From IMG/VR virus record IMGVR_UViG_3300042568_000467, positions 27,439 through 91,438 of that record: a DNA stretch of 64,000 nucleotides; one strand, 5' to 3'. The notes under the pieces are model-generated. The model did not search any database, had not been told where the DNA came from, and saw nothing but the letters and a program-made list of their open reading frames with translations. Positions 9,904 through 20,341 of the stretch are shown here, piece after piece. This DNA is from a virus. The position numbers and the translations under genes are program-made. The stretch's first letter is position 1; each line of letters opens with the position of its first letter.

Positions 9904-10310
9904 TAAAGTTTTTCTCCTAAATCGTGTGCTGAAATTTCTTTTTCGGAAACCTCAATCATTTTTGATCTATCTAGACCGTATCTAGTAAAAGAATCTGGGT
10001 CTATAATGTGTCTTAGTTTATTCTGTGATACTAGATACATTTTACCATCTGCGACATTCTTGATCAAGGTGCCGTCTCTAAACCCTAGTTTTCCAACTAG
10101 TTTAATCCCTGATAATGCCGATTCAGTTGCTAATACCGTAGTAAAGCACCAAGACTGTGCGGCTCTATCCGAAATTAATCTATATCTTTTGCCATCTTTA
10201 ATCCAGTATGTATCTTTATCTGTTTTAACAGCGATACCTGAGGGGAAATTAGTCGGCTGTGATATTGCTAAGATGCTCTGAATAGGCTTCTGCCGCCTCA
10301 AATTTATCAT
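9903..10310 (-). CDS. hypothetical protein with two internal repeats
   Basis: GIAVKTDKDTYWIKDGKRYRLISD and GTLIKNVADGKMYLVSQNKLRHIID. Confidence 0.6.
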   Translation of the reverse strand: MINLRRQKPIQSILAISQPTNFPSGIAVKTDKDTYWIKDGKRYRLISDRAAQSWCFTTVLATESALSGIKLVGKLGFRDGTLIKNVADGKMYLVSQNKLRHIIDPDSFTRYGLDRSKMIEVSEKEISAHDLGEKL

Positions 10311-10455
10311 CTTCTACTTTCTTTGCATTTTGTACCTGCTCCAATAGCTGTGTATAATCTGCACGTAAAATAGCAATCTGAGTTTCATAACTTGAAACTA
10401 TCTCACCAATTCTTTGCTGTAGCGCTGTTATAACAAGTTCTGCTTTTTCTGCCAC
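10249..10455 (-). CDS. small coiled-coil hypothetical protein
   Basis: heptad-rich 68 aa, GTG start. Confidence 0.6.
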   Translation of the reverse strand: MAEKAELVITALQQRIGEIVSSYETQIAILRADYTQLLEQVQNAKKVEDDKFEAAEAYSEHLSNITAD

Positions 10456-10462
10456 GGTTATC

Positions 10463-10690
10463 CTATTCGGTAATTACAGTCAAAGAATCCTTTTCTTCAA
10501 CTAGTGCTGCTCTTTTTGTATTCAATAGAGTAATTCTAGAATTTATGTTAGAAACTTGCGAAGCATCTGCATTTGGCACTGCTTGCAATTCTAGTAAGTC
10601 AAGCTGGAGTCCATATATGCTATAGTCTACAGACTTTATGTGCTGTGCTACTAGTCCTAGCTTCTCTTCATTTGTTAGTTCGATTGTCAT
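10463..10690 (-). CDS. small helical hypothetical protein (paralog-like with 10713..10925)
   Basis: LTNEEKLGLV...YGLQLDL vs ISKEDKIQII...YNLDIEL; GGAGG RBS. Confidence 0.65.
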   Translation of the reverse strand: MTIELTNEEKLGLVAQHIKSVDYSIYGLQLDLLELQAVPNADASQVSNINSRITLLNTKRAALVEEKDSLTVITE

Positions 10691-10712
10691 TTTTTCCTCC
10701 TTTCATATTATA

Positions 10713-10925
10713 TCATTCCGAGACTTCAATGTCTAGGAGTTGATTGATGGCATTTAAAGCCATTAAATTATCATTTTTTTCAGACAGTACATTTTGAATG
10801 TGTTCATTATTTGGATTAGATTTGGCAGACTCTGCTGCCAGCTCTATATCTAAATTATAAATAACTCCCTCAAGTATACTTATCTTACTATTGATAATTT
10901 GTATTTTATCTTCCTTGCTTATCAT
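10713..10925 (-). CDS. small helical hypothetical protein
   Basis: AGGAG RBS; similar to 10463..10690. Confidence 0.65.
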   Translation of the reverse strand: MISKEDKIQIINSKISILEGVIYNLDIELAAESAKSNPNNEHIQNVLSEKNDNLMALNAINQLLDIEVSE

Positions 10926-10934
10926 ATTTTCTCC

Positions 10935-13900
10935 TTATAATGCAGCCGTAAATGTAGGGCTGTTTACGGTGTTTCCTAGTCCATCAGTATATACCATTGC
11001 AACTCTTAGCCATCTTGGGGATGTTACTGGGCTAACAGCAACGCTGTAATTTCTTGCTCCAATTGAAAGTGGTGATTCTGCAACTGTTGAAAATCCAGAG
11101 GTAGAGCTTGTTGAGCTTATTTGAACTCTAAATCCAGTAGCAGTTCCTCCAGTAACAGTTCCAGGCCCAGTCCAAGACCATCTCTTTCTTCCAGATGTAG
11201 GCAAATTGTTACCATCAAATTTAAATCCAGTAGGAGCAGTAGCAGAGTTTGCAACAGCAGTCCATCTTGCGTATAAGGTAGATTCTGCTGTTAAGTTAAA
11301 TGTGCTGCCTGCTGCGTAGTTAGTTCCAGTTCCTGCAGCATTTGTATTCCAGCCTGCAAAGTTACAGTTTGTTCTTGAAAATCCATTTGACTTAACGGTA
11401 ACGTTTCCGTTTCCAGTTGTTGGAGTCATGGTTCCAGTTCCGCCATTTGCGTTGTAGTTAAGGTTAAAGCTAGCAACCGTAGAAGAAATTCCACTAGCTG
11501 TTGTTGAAGCCGTATTGTATCCGCTAACAGCTTTATTGACAGTAATTGTAGAAGGTGCGTTAGATCCTAATCCAGAGGCAGTAACTGCACCAGTTGTAGA
11601 ATTAACCGATCCAGACCCAGCAGTTGCAGACACATATGAATAAGTAGCGCCAGTTTGTGCTCCAGAGTTTACAGAAGCTGTCCATCCTCCAGCAGCTGAC
11701 GTTGCTGTACCATATGAAAACGCTACTGCATCAGCATTTGCAGAAGTAATTTGACCACTATAAAAATAATAAGTTGTTCCATTTGTTCCGACAACTGTAT
11801 CCCTTACTGCAAACACGTAAGGGGTTCCAGCGGGATCAGCAGGAACTATTGCATATGGATTAGCTGTTCTAAATGATGATAGCGTGTTACCTCCTGGGGC
11901 CACCAAGTTTGATGTGACTGTAGAGTAAAGCAATACTGATGTTATAGATTGAGCATTAGTATATGTACCAGTTGTCCAAGTAATGCTATCAAGATACTTA
12001 ACAATAGATGTTGAAAATGTATTAGTAGCTCTAACTGTTGGAGCGCTGTTTTGTGATACTTCAGTTGAGGTCATATTAAATGGGACTCCAGCACTCCAAG
12101 CACTTGCTGTAGCTGAAGCTCCTGCAGATGTGTCACCCAATGATACAACTGATCTAATATACATATAGGTTGTTGTTGTACCACCTGGACCAGTAAAATC
12201 TGTTAATGGACTAGAAGAACCAGTTGCATCTGGTGTGACCTGTCCTGTTGGTGCATTTGCTGATGATATCCAATACATCTGATAATTTGGTCCAGATCCT
12301 CCAGAGAATGTAGCAGTAACTGCTCCACCTTGTGGGCCTGGAGTTACAGAAACTGATGTGGGAGGAAATAAAGCTAAATTAGTTATACCAGAAGTTCTAA
12401 CATAAGGAGTCCATGTTGTACCGTTTGCGGAAGCAGATACATAAAAGTAGTAGTTGCCACCAAATGCTGGAGTGTTTCCATTTTTATCTGGGTCTCCAGG
12501 TCCCCATGCCCAAGAACCAGAAGATGCTGTTATAGTGCTTCCATTCACAGTTTTTTCTTCATCAAAAACTGTAGCTGGGCTTGTTGGCGCTGTAGCGCTA
12601 CTGCTCCAATAAATTCTATAATATGCTGCGTTTGTTGCGCCAGACCAAGATGCAGTAAGTGTTGTTGAGCTACCATTATTTGATGCGGTCACTGAAGTAG
12701 GTGCGGTTGCAACTGCTGGTATTGTAACTTGAACTCTAGTTGTGCTGTATGAGCTTACATCAGATCCAGATGTATTTGCCGTAGAAGTCTTTGCAGATCT
12801 AACCCAGAAATAATATGTTGATCCAGGCGTTGGTGTAAAACCAGGTGTGTATGTTATAGTAGTAGTATTTTGCGTTTCACTGCCAGGATCATAGCCAGTG
12901 CCGTCGGAAGGATACGTTGTGTTATCAACTCTATACCAAGATTGAAACCACGGGCCAGATCCACCAGTATAAGATAAAACAAAAGATGTGCCATTCCATA
13001 CAACTCCAGTTGGAGTTGGTGCAGATAATGGTGGAGAAACAGTGATTACTCTATTCCTAGTACTTCTTGCAGGATCTCCTTGAGGTTCCCATAGCAGAGT
13101 TGCAGTATATGTTCCAACTGTATTATAAGTTTTTGTTATACCAGAAAAACCTGGATTGCTAGTTCCAGTTGAAAAATAATTCCATCCGCTATCTGTATTA
13201 TCACCAAAATCTATCTTGTATCTTTTTGGATATGATGCATATGTAGTTGTTGGATAGCCTACTGTTGATCCAGAAAAAGTAATTGAATTTCCTGTGCTAG
13301 GAGTTGTAGATGTAACATTTAGAGTCATTGCAGAAGATGGGGCAATATCAATCATTCCTGGAAGATCTATGCCAAATGGGTAAGCCCCTATGCTTGGAAT
13401 ATTACCAGTAAAATAGCTTGCAGATGCGTTAGATGAAGTAGATGAAGCTCTTGCACTTAATCTAAATTCTAATGTCCATCTTGCTACGCCAGTATTGTAA
13501 GTTGGACCAGCTATTCCAAATAGACCAGCATCTATCCATTCCCTCCAGACAACAGTTGCTCCACCGCTGCCATTTGGTGTAATTGAATATGGTGTTAAAT
13601 CTACAGGAAATCCTCCGCTATCAGTTGATGTGCTTTGTTGAGCTAAAGTATCCCATCTATGATATCTATTTTCTGTTGTTATGTCATTGCGATAAAATCT
13701 AGGCTCTAAAAGATAGTGTGTAGTGGGGCTAACATCGATTACGTTTGCCGTCCACACCATAACTCCATCAGCAATTACTCTTTGGCTAGATTGATTGTCA
13801 AGGATACTGTTGCCATTTATATCGGTAACTGTAACAGATGTAATTGTTGCAACACTTCCAGTAGACTTAAAAGAACTAACTGGAGAGTTGCCTGGATGAT

Positions 13901-14777
13901 CTGTGTATGAATTCACAAGAACTATCTCTGCAATTATATAGTTACCAGCTGCAATTCCACCTGATTCAGTATAAAAGTCAGTGCCAGTAATTGTAGTTCC
14001 AGTTCCATTGTATTCGCTATACTGTGATCCGCTTCTTGTATCGTCAATTAGTTGAGGAAAAGCAAAGGAGTCCAAGTATGTTGTTTTTAAATCTGTTCCA
14101 CCAGGGGACTTTGATGTATTGCGCCACCATTTAACATATGACCTTGACAGATCCGCTGCTTTAAACCAAGAATCATTTATCACAAAATCTAAGGTAAGCT
14201 GGGCGCTTCCAGAACTATAATTTTCTGAAAGAGTAGAAGAGGTTACGGTTGGCTGCTGTCTAATAATTTTAATTGGTGGAGAATACAATGTTGTTCCTGG
14301 AGGATAGGGAGAGTCTGTATTAGAAGCAACAAGCTCATAGAATAACCACCATCCGTCAGCCATAAATCTTTTGAATCCAATGTCTGTTTCGCTGTTGTTT
14401 GTTAGATTATAAATATCTGTTGTCTCTAGTTGATATCTATCTGTATTTCCAGTATTATCCTCAGAAATTTTCATTCTTCTTGAATTTACGGTAATTGGCT
14501 GTGTTCCATTTATGGTTCCATCGTTTCCATATAAGACTGTATTAATAAATTGCGGACTTGTTGCCCTAGTGCCATTGTATCCACCAGTTCTTATGTCGAT
14601 AGGATCTGTTAAGCTAGGTGATGGAGCATCTCCTGGCCAAACTTGAATCCAGCCAGTTGTTAATTTTGCAAACACCTTGGTTGCAGTTTTCCATCCACCG
14701 CTACCAGTACTGGTTTTAGCATATATTTTTTTAATTGCTGACCATGTGGAGGTTCCAGTTTTTACTCTAATTGGCAT
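10935..14777 (-). CDS. large tail fibre/adhesin with PKD, FN3 and InlB B-repeat-like domains
   Basis: YKIDFGD...YNTVGTYTATL (PKD); several APT..V..W..Y FN3 units; YNANGGTG...FAGWNT...TLYARW (B-repeat); Ser/Thr/Gly rich. Confidence 0.75.
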   Translation of the reverse strand: MPIRVKTGTSTWSAIKKIYAKTSTGSGGWKTATKVFAKLTTGWIQVWPGDAPSPSLTDPIDIRTGGYNGTRATSPQFINTVLYGNDGTINGTQPITVNSRRMKISEDNTGNTDRYQLETTDIYNLTNNSETDIGFKRFMADGWWLFYELVASNTDSPYPPGTTLYSPPIKIIRQQPTVTSSTLSENYSSGSAQLTLDFVINDSWFKAADLSRSYVKWWRNTSKSPGGTDLKTTYLDSFAFPQLIDDTRSGSQYSEYNGTGTTITGTDFYTESGGIAAGNYIIAEIVLVNSYTDHPGNSPVSSFKSTGSVATITSVTVTDINGNSILDNQSSQRVIADGVMVWTANVIDVSPTTHYLLEPRFYRNDITTENRYHRWDTLAQQSTSTDSGGFPVDLTPYSITPNGSGGATVVWREWIDAGLFGIAGPTYNTGVARWTLEFRLSARASSTSSNASASYFTGNIPSIGAYPFGIDLPGMIDIAPSSAMTLNVTSTTPSTGNSITFSGSTVGYPTTTYASYPKRYKIDFGDNTDSGWNYFSTGTSNPGFSGITKTYNTVGTYTATLLWEPQGDPARSTRNRVITVSPPLSAPTPTGVVWNGTSFVLSYTGGSGPWFQSWYRVDNTTYPSDGTGYDPGSETQNTTTITYTPGFTPTPGSTYYFWVRSAKTSTANTSGSDVSSYSTTRVQVTIPAVATAPTSVTASNNGSSTTLTASWSGATNAAYYRIYWSSSATAPTSPATVFDEEKTVNGSTITASSGSWAWGPGDPDKNGNTPAFGGNYYFYVSASANGTTWTPYVRTSGITNLALFPPTSVSVTPGPQGGAVTATFSGGSGPNYQMYWISSANAPTGQVTPDATGSSSPLTDFTGPGGTTTTYMYIRSVVSLGDTSAGASATASAWSAGVPFNMTSTEVSQNSAPTVRATNTFSTSIVKYLDSITWTTGTYTNAQSITSVLLYSTVTSNLVAPGGNTLSSFRTANPYAIVPADPAGTPYVFAVRDTVVGTNGTTYYFYSGQITSANADAVAFSYGTATSAAGGWTASVNSGAQTGATYSYVSATAGSGSVNSTTGAVTASGLGSNAPSTITVNKAVSGYNTASTTASGISSTVASFNLNYNANGGTGTMTPTTGNGNVTVKSNGFSRTNCNFAGWNTNAAGTGTNYAAGSTFNLTAESTLYARWTAVANSATAPTGFKFDGNNLPTSGRKRWSWTGPGTVTGGTATGFRVQISSTSSTSGFSTVAESPLSIGARNYSVAVSPVTSPRWLRVAMVYTDGLGNTVNSPTFTAAL

Positions 14778-14785
14778 GACTATTC

Positions 14786-17785
14786 CTAATAAGTTATAAA
14801 GATATCGCCGACGTGCCCTGTTGTTGTAGCAGGGGCGGAAGTTGTTGATTTAATATAAATATTTCTTACGTAAGCTCCAGCTGTTCCTCCTGGATATAAC
14901 AACGGAGCGCCTTTTCTTAATCTCATTCTTGCATCTACTGTTACGTATGGTCCTGATGGAACTGTAGATGTTCCACCAACACTGTTGGTAGAATTTCCAA
15001 GATATAGACCTTCTGTAAATTTAAGGGAAGACTTTGTATTAGAGAACATGGCAGATTGTGTTCCTCCAGCAAGAATCTCTGTGTATCCAGATGATGTAGT
15101 ACTTTCTAGTCTTAACATTGAATCTGAGCTAATTTTTCCACTTGCTATTGTTACTGTTGGAGTAAAGTTTGTATTTCCTGTTACAGTGATTGCAGACCCA
15201 CTTGTGCTATCAGTTGTTTCAGCTAAATCTGAATCGCTTGCTATAGTTAATCCAGATGATGAAAATGTATCAGAAACAGTAATTGTTGATGCGCCAATAC
15301 TTGTACCAGTTATGCTTGAGGAAGAAATAGATATACCAGCAAATACTGTTCCATTAAAGAATGCATCTCCGCCAGAAGTAAGTCTAAAGTTCTTTGCGGA
15401 TATTCCTCCAGTATCTAAATTAATGGCTAGGCCAGAACTTGAAAAATTAGACCCATCCGCAGTTCCAGTATGCGTTCCACCCTTAATAATGCCTGAAGTT
15501 ATTTTTCCCCCGCTTATGCTTGTTACATTTGTGTTAACTTGTCCTGCTGTAATAAATTGAGAAACATCTGGAATATCACCTGATGAGGCATATCCAGTAA
15601 TTACTGCAGACTTCATTACTACAGTTCCATTTGCTTGAACGTAAAAATTAGCAGCCGTGCTTCTTGCTCCACCAGCCCAGAATACAATATCGCTTGCGGC
15701 GTTGCTATTTGGTGTTGCAATACCTGCGGTATAAGATGCACTTGACAATGTAATTTGTGCATTAGATGAATCTAGAGATATTGTTCCACTGGTAGATGTT
15801 TTTTTAATTGAAGATGCATCTACATCCCATCCACCAATATTTGCACTTCTTGTAGTAAACAAACCAGTTGTTGCAGCAATTGTTGTTATACCAGAAACTG
15901 TTGCTGAGTTAAATGTTAGTCCAGATGAATTAAGTATATACCCAGCTCCAGTTAAAGATCCGCCAGAATCTCCTGTAGGCGTTACAGTATTACCACTTAT
16001 TGTTCCGCTATAAACTGATGCACCAGTTGCCATATTTATGTTTCCGCTAAATGAACCTTTTTTAGCTCTGAGATCTCCATCTATAACAAATGAAGTTCCA
16101 TTCCACTCAATATAATTAGATGTGCTTCCACCTACTTTTAATGAAGCTGATTGGCTAGAGTCTACGTACCAATAATTATTTGTATTGAATACAAGACCAC
16201 GTTTACCAGTATCTACACCATATCCAAATTTAAATGCTGTGCTATCTGCATCTGTAGGATTTGCTTTTGCTCTAAAGAATCCAGTTACATCAACGGTGCT
16301 TGCAACATATGGGGTACCATCAATAGTAACATTTGCTGAAGACGATACGTAAGAAGAAGATGTATTATTGTATTCGTCATATGTTGCAACAGCTATTTCG
16401 TAAGTTAGGCCTGCACCTAGTCCTGCAAGCCTGTATGAAGTTCCAGTTCCAGGAGAGTCAGCATAAGAATAACTTGAAGACGGAGTGGTTACTGGCCTAA
16501 ACCTTATTCTGTATCCACGTATACCTCCGCCAGTAACGGCTGGCCAAGATATGTCTGAGTAACCATTAAATCCTATTGTTCCTGCAGTATCTAGACCTCC
16601 AATTGCTGTTACTGATGTTACATTTGCTGGTCCTTCTGTATCTGCAACAACTGGGCTTGTTGGTGTTACCGATACCGATGTTCCATAAGATCCGTATCCG
16701 CCAATATTATCTACAAATCTTGCACGAACCCATCTTTTATTTGTATTTGGAGTAATTGTAATTGCTGGATTAGAGGATCCAGAAAATACTTTATTGTATC
16801 CAGTTGTTGGTGCAGTACTGCTAGAAGACTCAACTTCTTCAATTTCTATTTTATCAAACGTAGCGTCTGCTGGGGTTGTATAAGATACACTATAGCCATT
16901 GCTTATTGCTGAAGCAACAATTGTTGCAGCAGGTAAGGTATTGGCATAAGATGATAAGCTGAAAGGAACTGTAGATCCTTCATTTCCATAAATATTAACT
17001 GTGCTAACAGAACCGCTAAAAGAAGTTTGAGGTACACCAAATGCTGCTCTATTTTGAGATAAGCTTAATGTAAAAGATTGAGATGATGTTCCTGGTGTTG
17101 GTGGTACGTCAAATACTTTAGATGAGCCTCCGCCAGTTATTGTAACCTTATAATAACTAAAATATTCTTCTGCAGGATTATGATTAAATGAAACTCTAAA
17201 ATTTGTTCCAACCCAAGAACCTACTGCAGAAGTTGGTAATGTCAATGGCACAAGCTTTGGTGTTTCGAATTGAGCTTCACTAAAATTTGACTCTACGCCA
17301 GTAACAGATACGACCTTAAGTTTAACGCTATGGGCTACTGGTGGAACGGCTACGCTTACAGTTCCTGCTGATTTCAAAAAGCCTACTAGTCTGTATGGGG
17401 AACCTACTAGCGTTTCATTTTTTATATATATATTGATTCTATCAAATGCTTGTGTATATGCCTGACCATTAGCATCAAGCCCGCCCCAAGATATGTTTAG
17501 TATTCCGTTAAAATATGTAAGGTCTGTATTTAAAAATTTAGGAACATCTAGAGTTGGAATATTAGCAGTCGTTAAAGAAAGCCCTTGAGACCAATCACTT
17601 TTTACGCCATCTTCAAAAACATATTGAAATTGAAATGCATAAGGTGAATCTATTTTTAAATTTGGCACAACAACTGTAAAATTATTTTTATCAGAGGCAG
17701 CATTAGCAGCTAAATTTTCTGTAGTAGGATTTTTAATTAAATCTTTAGGATAGTATTTTTGCCAGTTTGCTGCATCTGATGTCAT
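14786..17785 (-). CDS. minor tail protein with FN3 domains
   Basis: ISWPAVTGGGIRGYRIRFR...YEIAVATYD FN3; beta-rich C-terminus; tail module. Confidence 0.75.
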   Translation of the reverse strand: MTSDAANWQKYYPKDLIKNPTTENLAANAASDKNNFTVVVPNLKIDSPYAFQFQYVFEDGVKSDWSQGLSLTTANIPTLDVPKFLNTDLTYFNGILNISWGGLDANGQAYTQAFDRINIYIKNETLVGSPYRLVGFLKSAGTVSVAVPPVAHSVKLKVVSVTGVESNFSEAQFETPKLVPLTLPTSAVGSWVGTNFRVSFNHNPAEEYFSYYKVTITGGGSSKVFDVPPTPGTSSQSFTLSLSQNRAAFGVPQTSFSGSVSTVNIYGNEGSTVPFSLSSYANTLPAATIVASAISNGYSVSYTTPADATFDKIEIEEVESSSSTAPTTGYNKVFSGSSNPAITITPNTNKRWVRARFVDNIGGYGSYGTSVSVTPTSPVVADTEGPANVTSVTAIGGLDTAGTIGFNGYSDISWPAVTGGGIRGYRIRFRPVTTPSSSYSYADSPGTGTSYRLAGLGAGLTYEIAVATYDEYNNTSSSYVSSSANVTIDGTPYVASTVDVTGFFRAKANPTDADSTAFKFGYGVDTGKRGLVFNTNNYWYVDSSQSASLKVGGSTSNYIEWNGTSFVIDGDLRAKKGSFSGNINMATGASVYSGTISGNTVTPTGDSGGSLTGAGYILNSSGLTFNSATVSGITTIAATTGLFTTRSANIGGWDVDASSIKKTSTSGTISLDSSNAQITLSSASYTAGIATPNSNAASDIVFWAGGARSTAANFYVQANGTVVMKSAVITGYASSGDIPDVSQFITAGQVNTNVTSISGGKITSGIIKGGTHTGTADGSNFSSSGLAINLDTGGISAKNFRLTSGGDAFFNGTVFAGISISSSSITGTSIGASTITVSDTFSSSGLTIASDSDLAETTDSTSGSAITVTGNTNFTPTVTIASGKISSDSMLRLESTTSSGYTEILAGGTQSAMFSNTKSSLKFTEGLYLGNSTNSVGGTSTVPSGPYVTVDARMRLRKGAPLLYPGGTAGAYVRNIYIKSTTSAPATTTGHVGDIFITY

Positions 17786-18688
17786 TTAGAACTCCAACTG
17801 CAGTTTATATTCTACATCCACTGGACGGCCAGATGGTTTTTTAAGTGGAGTTGTAAGAATGTGTCTTGCAATTAAACCATATTGAGGGTCAAATGTGTCT
17901 TCATCATTTACTCTTAGCCCATCAAAATACACAACAGTATTGCCTCCAGAGCCAGCAGTAACTTCAACCCCTATGCTAGTAATGTTTGTTAAATCTGGAG
18001 ACCCAACTATATTATTAAATACATCTGACATTGAAACTGATTGAACTTTATCTTCATTAGATCCAGACGGTATAAAGTCAGCGTAATAATATGCTGAGCT
18101 TGAACTATAAAATTTAATTCTAATTTTTGATGTGTTGTTATCTGCCTTTTTATATGCAAGAGTTAGGCTATCATTAACACTGTATCCAGATAAATCTAGG
18201 AGAGCAATTGAATTTTTATATTCTTTAGATGATGATTGATTTACATTGATCTTAATCATATTCTCACCAATCTTAGACACAAAAGTCGTACCGTCCGTTG
18301 AATTTGACTCTAGCGCTGGGCTGTCTCCGTTAGAGTCTGCCCATAAAGTATTATTGTCAAATGAGGTTATAAACTTACTATCATAGAAATTAATAGATTT
18401 TCTAAATCCAGGATACAATCCAATTTCGCTTATTACGCCAGAGATATCTTGAGGTATTGTAGTTTTAAATATTGCGTAATAATTAAATCCTCCGACACCA
18501 TCGTCTTCAATATTTATGGAAGATAAGTTTACTGGTAATTTGTATATCTCAAAACCAAGCCTTGTGTTGGTATCTGACTCAGGTAGTTGGGTTGCTGTAG
18601 CAATACCAAAAGACAACTCTTTATATGTAAAATTTGAGTTACCAGCAATAAAGTCTACTAAAAATCTTTTTCCAAATTTAGTTATCAT
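17786..18688 (-). CDS. minor tail/baseplate protein
   Basis: ITKFGKRFL...ISEIGLY pattern of tail-fibre anchoring domains. Confidence 0.6.
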   Translation of the reverse strand: MITKFGKRFLVDFIAGNSNFTYKELSFGIATATQLPESDTNTRLGFEIYKLPVNLSSINIEDDGVGGFNYYAIFKTTIPQDISGVISEIGLYPGFRKSINFYDSKFITSFDNNTLWADSNGDSPALESNSTDGTTFVSKIGENMIKINVNQSSSKEYKNSIALLDLSGYSVNDSLTLAYKKADNNTSKIRIKFYSSSSAYYYADFIPSGSNEDKVQSVSMSDVFNNIVGSPDLTNITSIGVEVTAGSGGNTVVYFDGLRVNDEDTFDPQYGLIARHILTTPLKKPSGRPVDVEYKLQLEF

Positions 18689-19086
18689 TTTTTCTCCACC
18701 AAAACATTTACCGCCTTTACATCCTCACCACTTGAATTTCTAACCCTAAAAGTAATTTTTGATGTTGGATTATTTGAGGCATCATAAACCACTTGGTTAG
18801 AAATAACCTGTATGTCCATTAGGGTTGGTGCTTTTCTGCCAAGAGACGGCTTGTCTGGGTCTTTTGGATTTTCTGGATCCTTTGGATTTGTCTCATCATC
18901 TTCATCTTCTGCATAAACAAAAGCGTCATCCTCTATTGAAATAGAGATCATGTCTCCATCTCTTCTTACTGGATAATTTCTTCCGAAGTGTGGGGCTAGG
19001 TAGAAGCTGCTTATACCATCGGCATAATCTGTTAACGGGGGGATAACTCCAACCGAGGTCGTAGATTCTTTTTTATTATTAGCCAT
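18685..19086 (-). CDS. hypothetical tail-associated protein
   Basis: position in tail module; leaderless TATAAT upstream. Confidence 0.6.
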   Translation of the reverse strand: MANNKKESTTSVGVIPPLTDYADGISSFYLAPHFGRNYPVRRDGDMISISIEDDAFVYAEDEDDETNPKDPENPKDPDKPSLGRKAPTLMDIQVISNQVVYDASNNPTSKITFRVRNSSGEDVKAVNVLVEKK

Positions 19087-19105
19087 ATTTTTATTATACC
19101 ATTTA

Positions 19106-20341
19106 TCAGCTATAAATAGAACGTGCTGATATGCTAGTATTTAACCCTTCTTTAAATGAGTTTGTTACCCTTGTCACTACAAATTTTTGAGTTCCGTCCA
19201 AATCATTTTTTGGATAGTTAATGGTGATAATGTCCCCAACAGATATTAATGGATTACTAAATATTTCCATTTCAATAACACGTTGCTGCTTTGACCATTG
19301 TGACTGTATCCATGTACCTAAATTTTTAGCATCGTCTTCCCTTTGAATCCATCCAGTTTCAAAAACTACTGGTTCTGGATTTGTTGTATCGCTTAGCGTA
19401 TTAGAGGTATACTCATGCTCTCCAGAAACTGTTATAGAATTTCCAACTACTGCAAAAGAATACAGGTTGCCGTCCGAGAGCGGAATCATCATTCCAGAAT
19501 TATTTAAAACAAAAACTTCTGCTCCAAACGAGGTAAGCCTTTGTCCTAGAATAGAGGCTAGCTTGTTAATTCCAACTGTGGCAAATAGGGGGTCAGCTGG
19601 CCTATCTTGATATTTAATTTTTATTTGCTTTAGCTCTCTAGCAGTTGTTCCAAATTCCTCTAGCCACGCAGTCTGTCCAGAAGAGATATTCTTATTTTCA
19701 ATAAGCTTATCCCCATACAAGAAGCTCAGAGTTTTAGGACCGTACTTACCCTCATATACGTTTTGCATGATTCCACTTTTATACTGATCTTCAGTTATTG
19801 GAGCAGCATAGATATAATCGTAGTTGACCTTGCCGCTATTTGCAAACATAGCCACGTTACTTGTCTTGCTTAATGGAGAAGAGCTATCTGTTGTAGTTAT
19901 CTTATAGCTATTTACATAAGCATCAATTGTTACGGAAGAAGCCCCTACAGAAACATTTACGTCTAGCTTATATACTGTTCCAGCCAAGATTCCAGTTAAT
20001 GTTTTTGAAGGAGTAGATTGGCTGTCTGCCAAAATAATCTTCTTGCCATTTACAACTTTATAAATTTTTATTTCTTTGTCTGCTGAATCAGATAAGTGTG
20101 TAGTTGTTTGTACTGAAACATAATATCCAGTATTTCCATTTGAGCTAGTAAAAAACCCTAGTCCGCCAGAGCTGGTAACATCATTAACGGTCCCTGGAAA
20201 AAACATAGCCGTTCCAAATGCGTAGTGGGAGTAAGAAGTTGATATTCCAGAGTTTTTAATTGCAACAGAATGTTGATTTGGATTTGTGCTATTATTTGTT
20301 AAAGAAAACAATGACGTTTGAATTGATCTTTGATTACTCAT
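19106..20341 (-). CDS. minor tail protein (C-terminal hub-like part)
   Basis: NPLISVGDIITINY...FVVTRV motif typical of tail hub C-termini. Confidence 0.65.
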   Translation of the reverse strand: MSNQRSIQTSLFSLTNNSTNPNQHSVAIKNSGISTSYSHYAFGTAMFFPGTVNDVTSSGGLGFFTSSNGNTGYYVSVQTTTHLSDSADKEIKIYKVVNGKKIILADSQSTPSKTLTGILAGTVYKLDVNVSVGASSVTIDAYVNSYKITTTDSSSPLSKTSNVAMFANSGKVNYDYIYAAPITEDQYKSGIMQNVYEGKYGPKTLSFLYGDKLIENKNISSGQTAWLEEFGTTARELKQIKIKYQDRPADPLFATVGINKLASILGQRLTSFGAEVFVLNNSGMMIPLSDGNLYSFAVVGNSITVSGEHEYTSNTLSDTTNPEPVVFETGWIQREDDAKNLGTWIQSQWSKQQRVIEMEIFSNPLISVGDIITINYPKNDLDGTQKFVVTRVTNSFKEGLNTSISARSIYS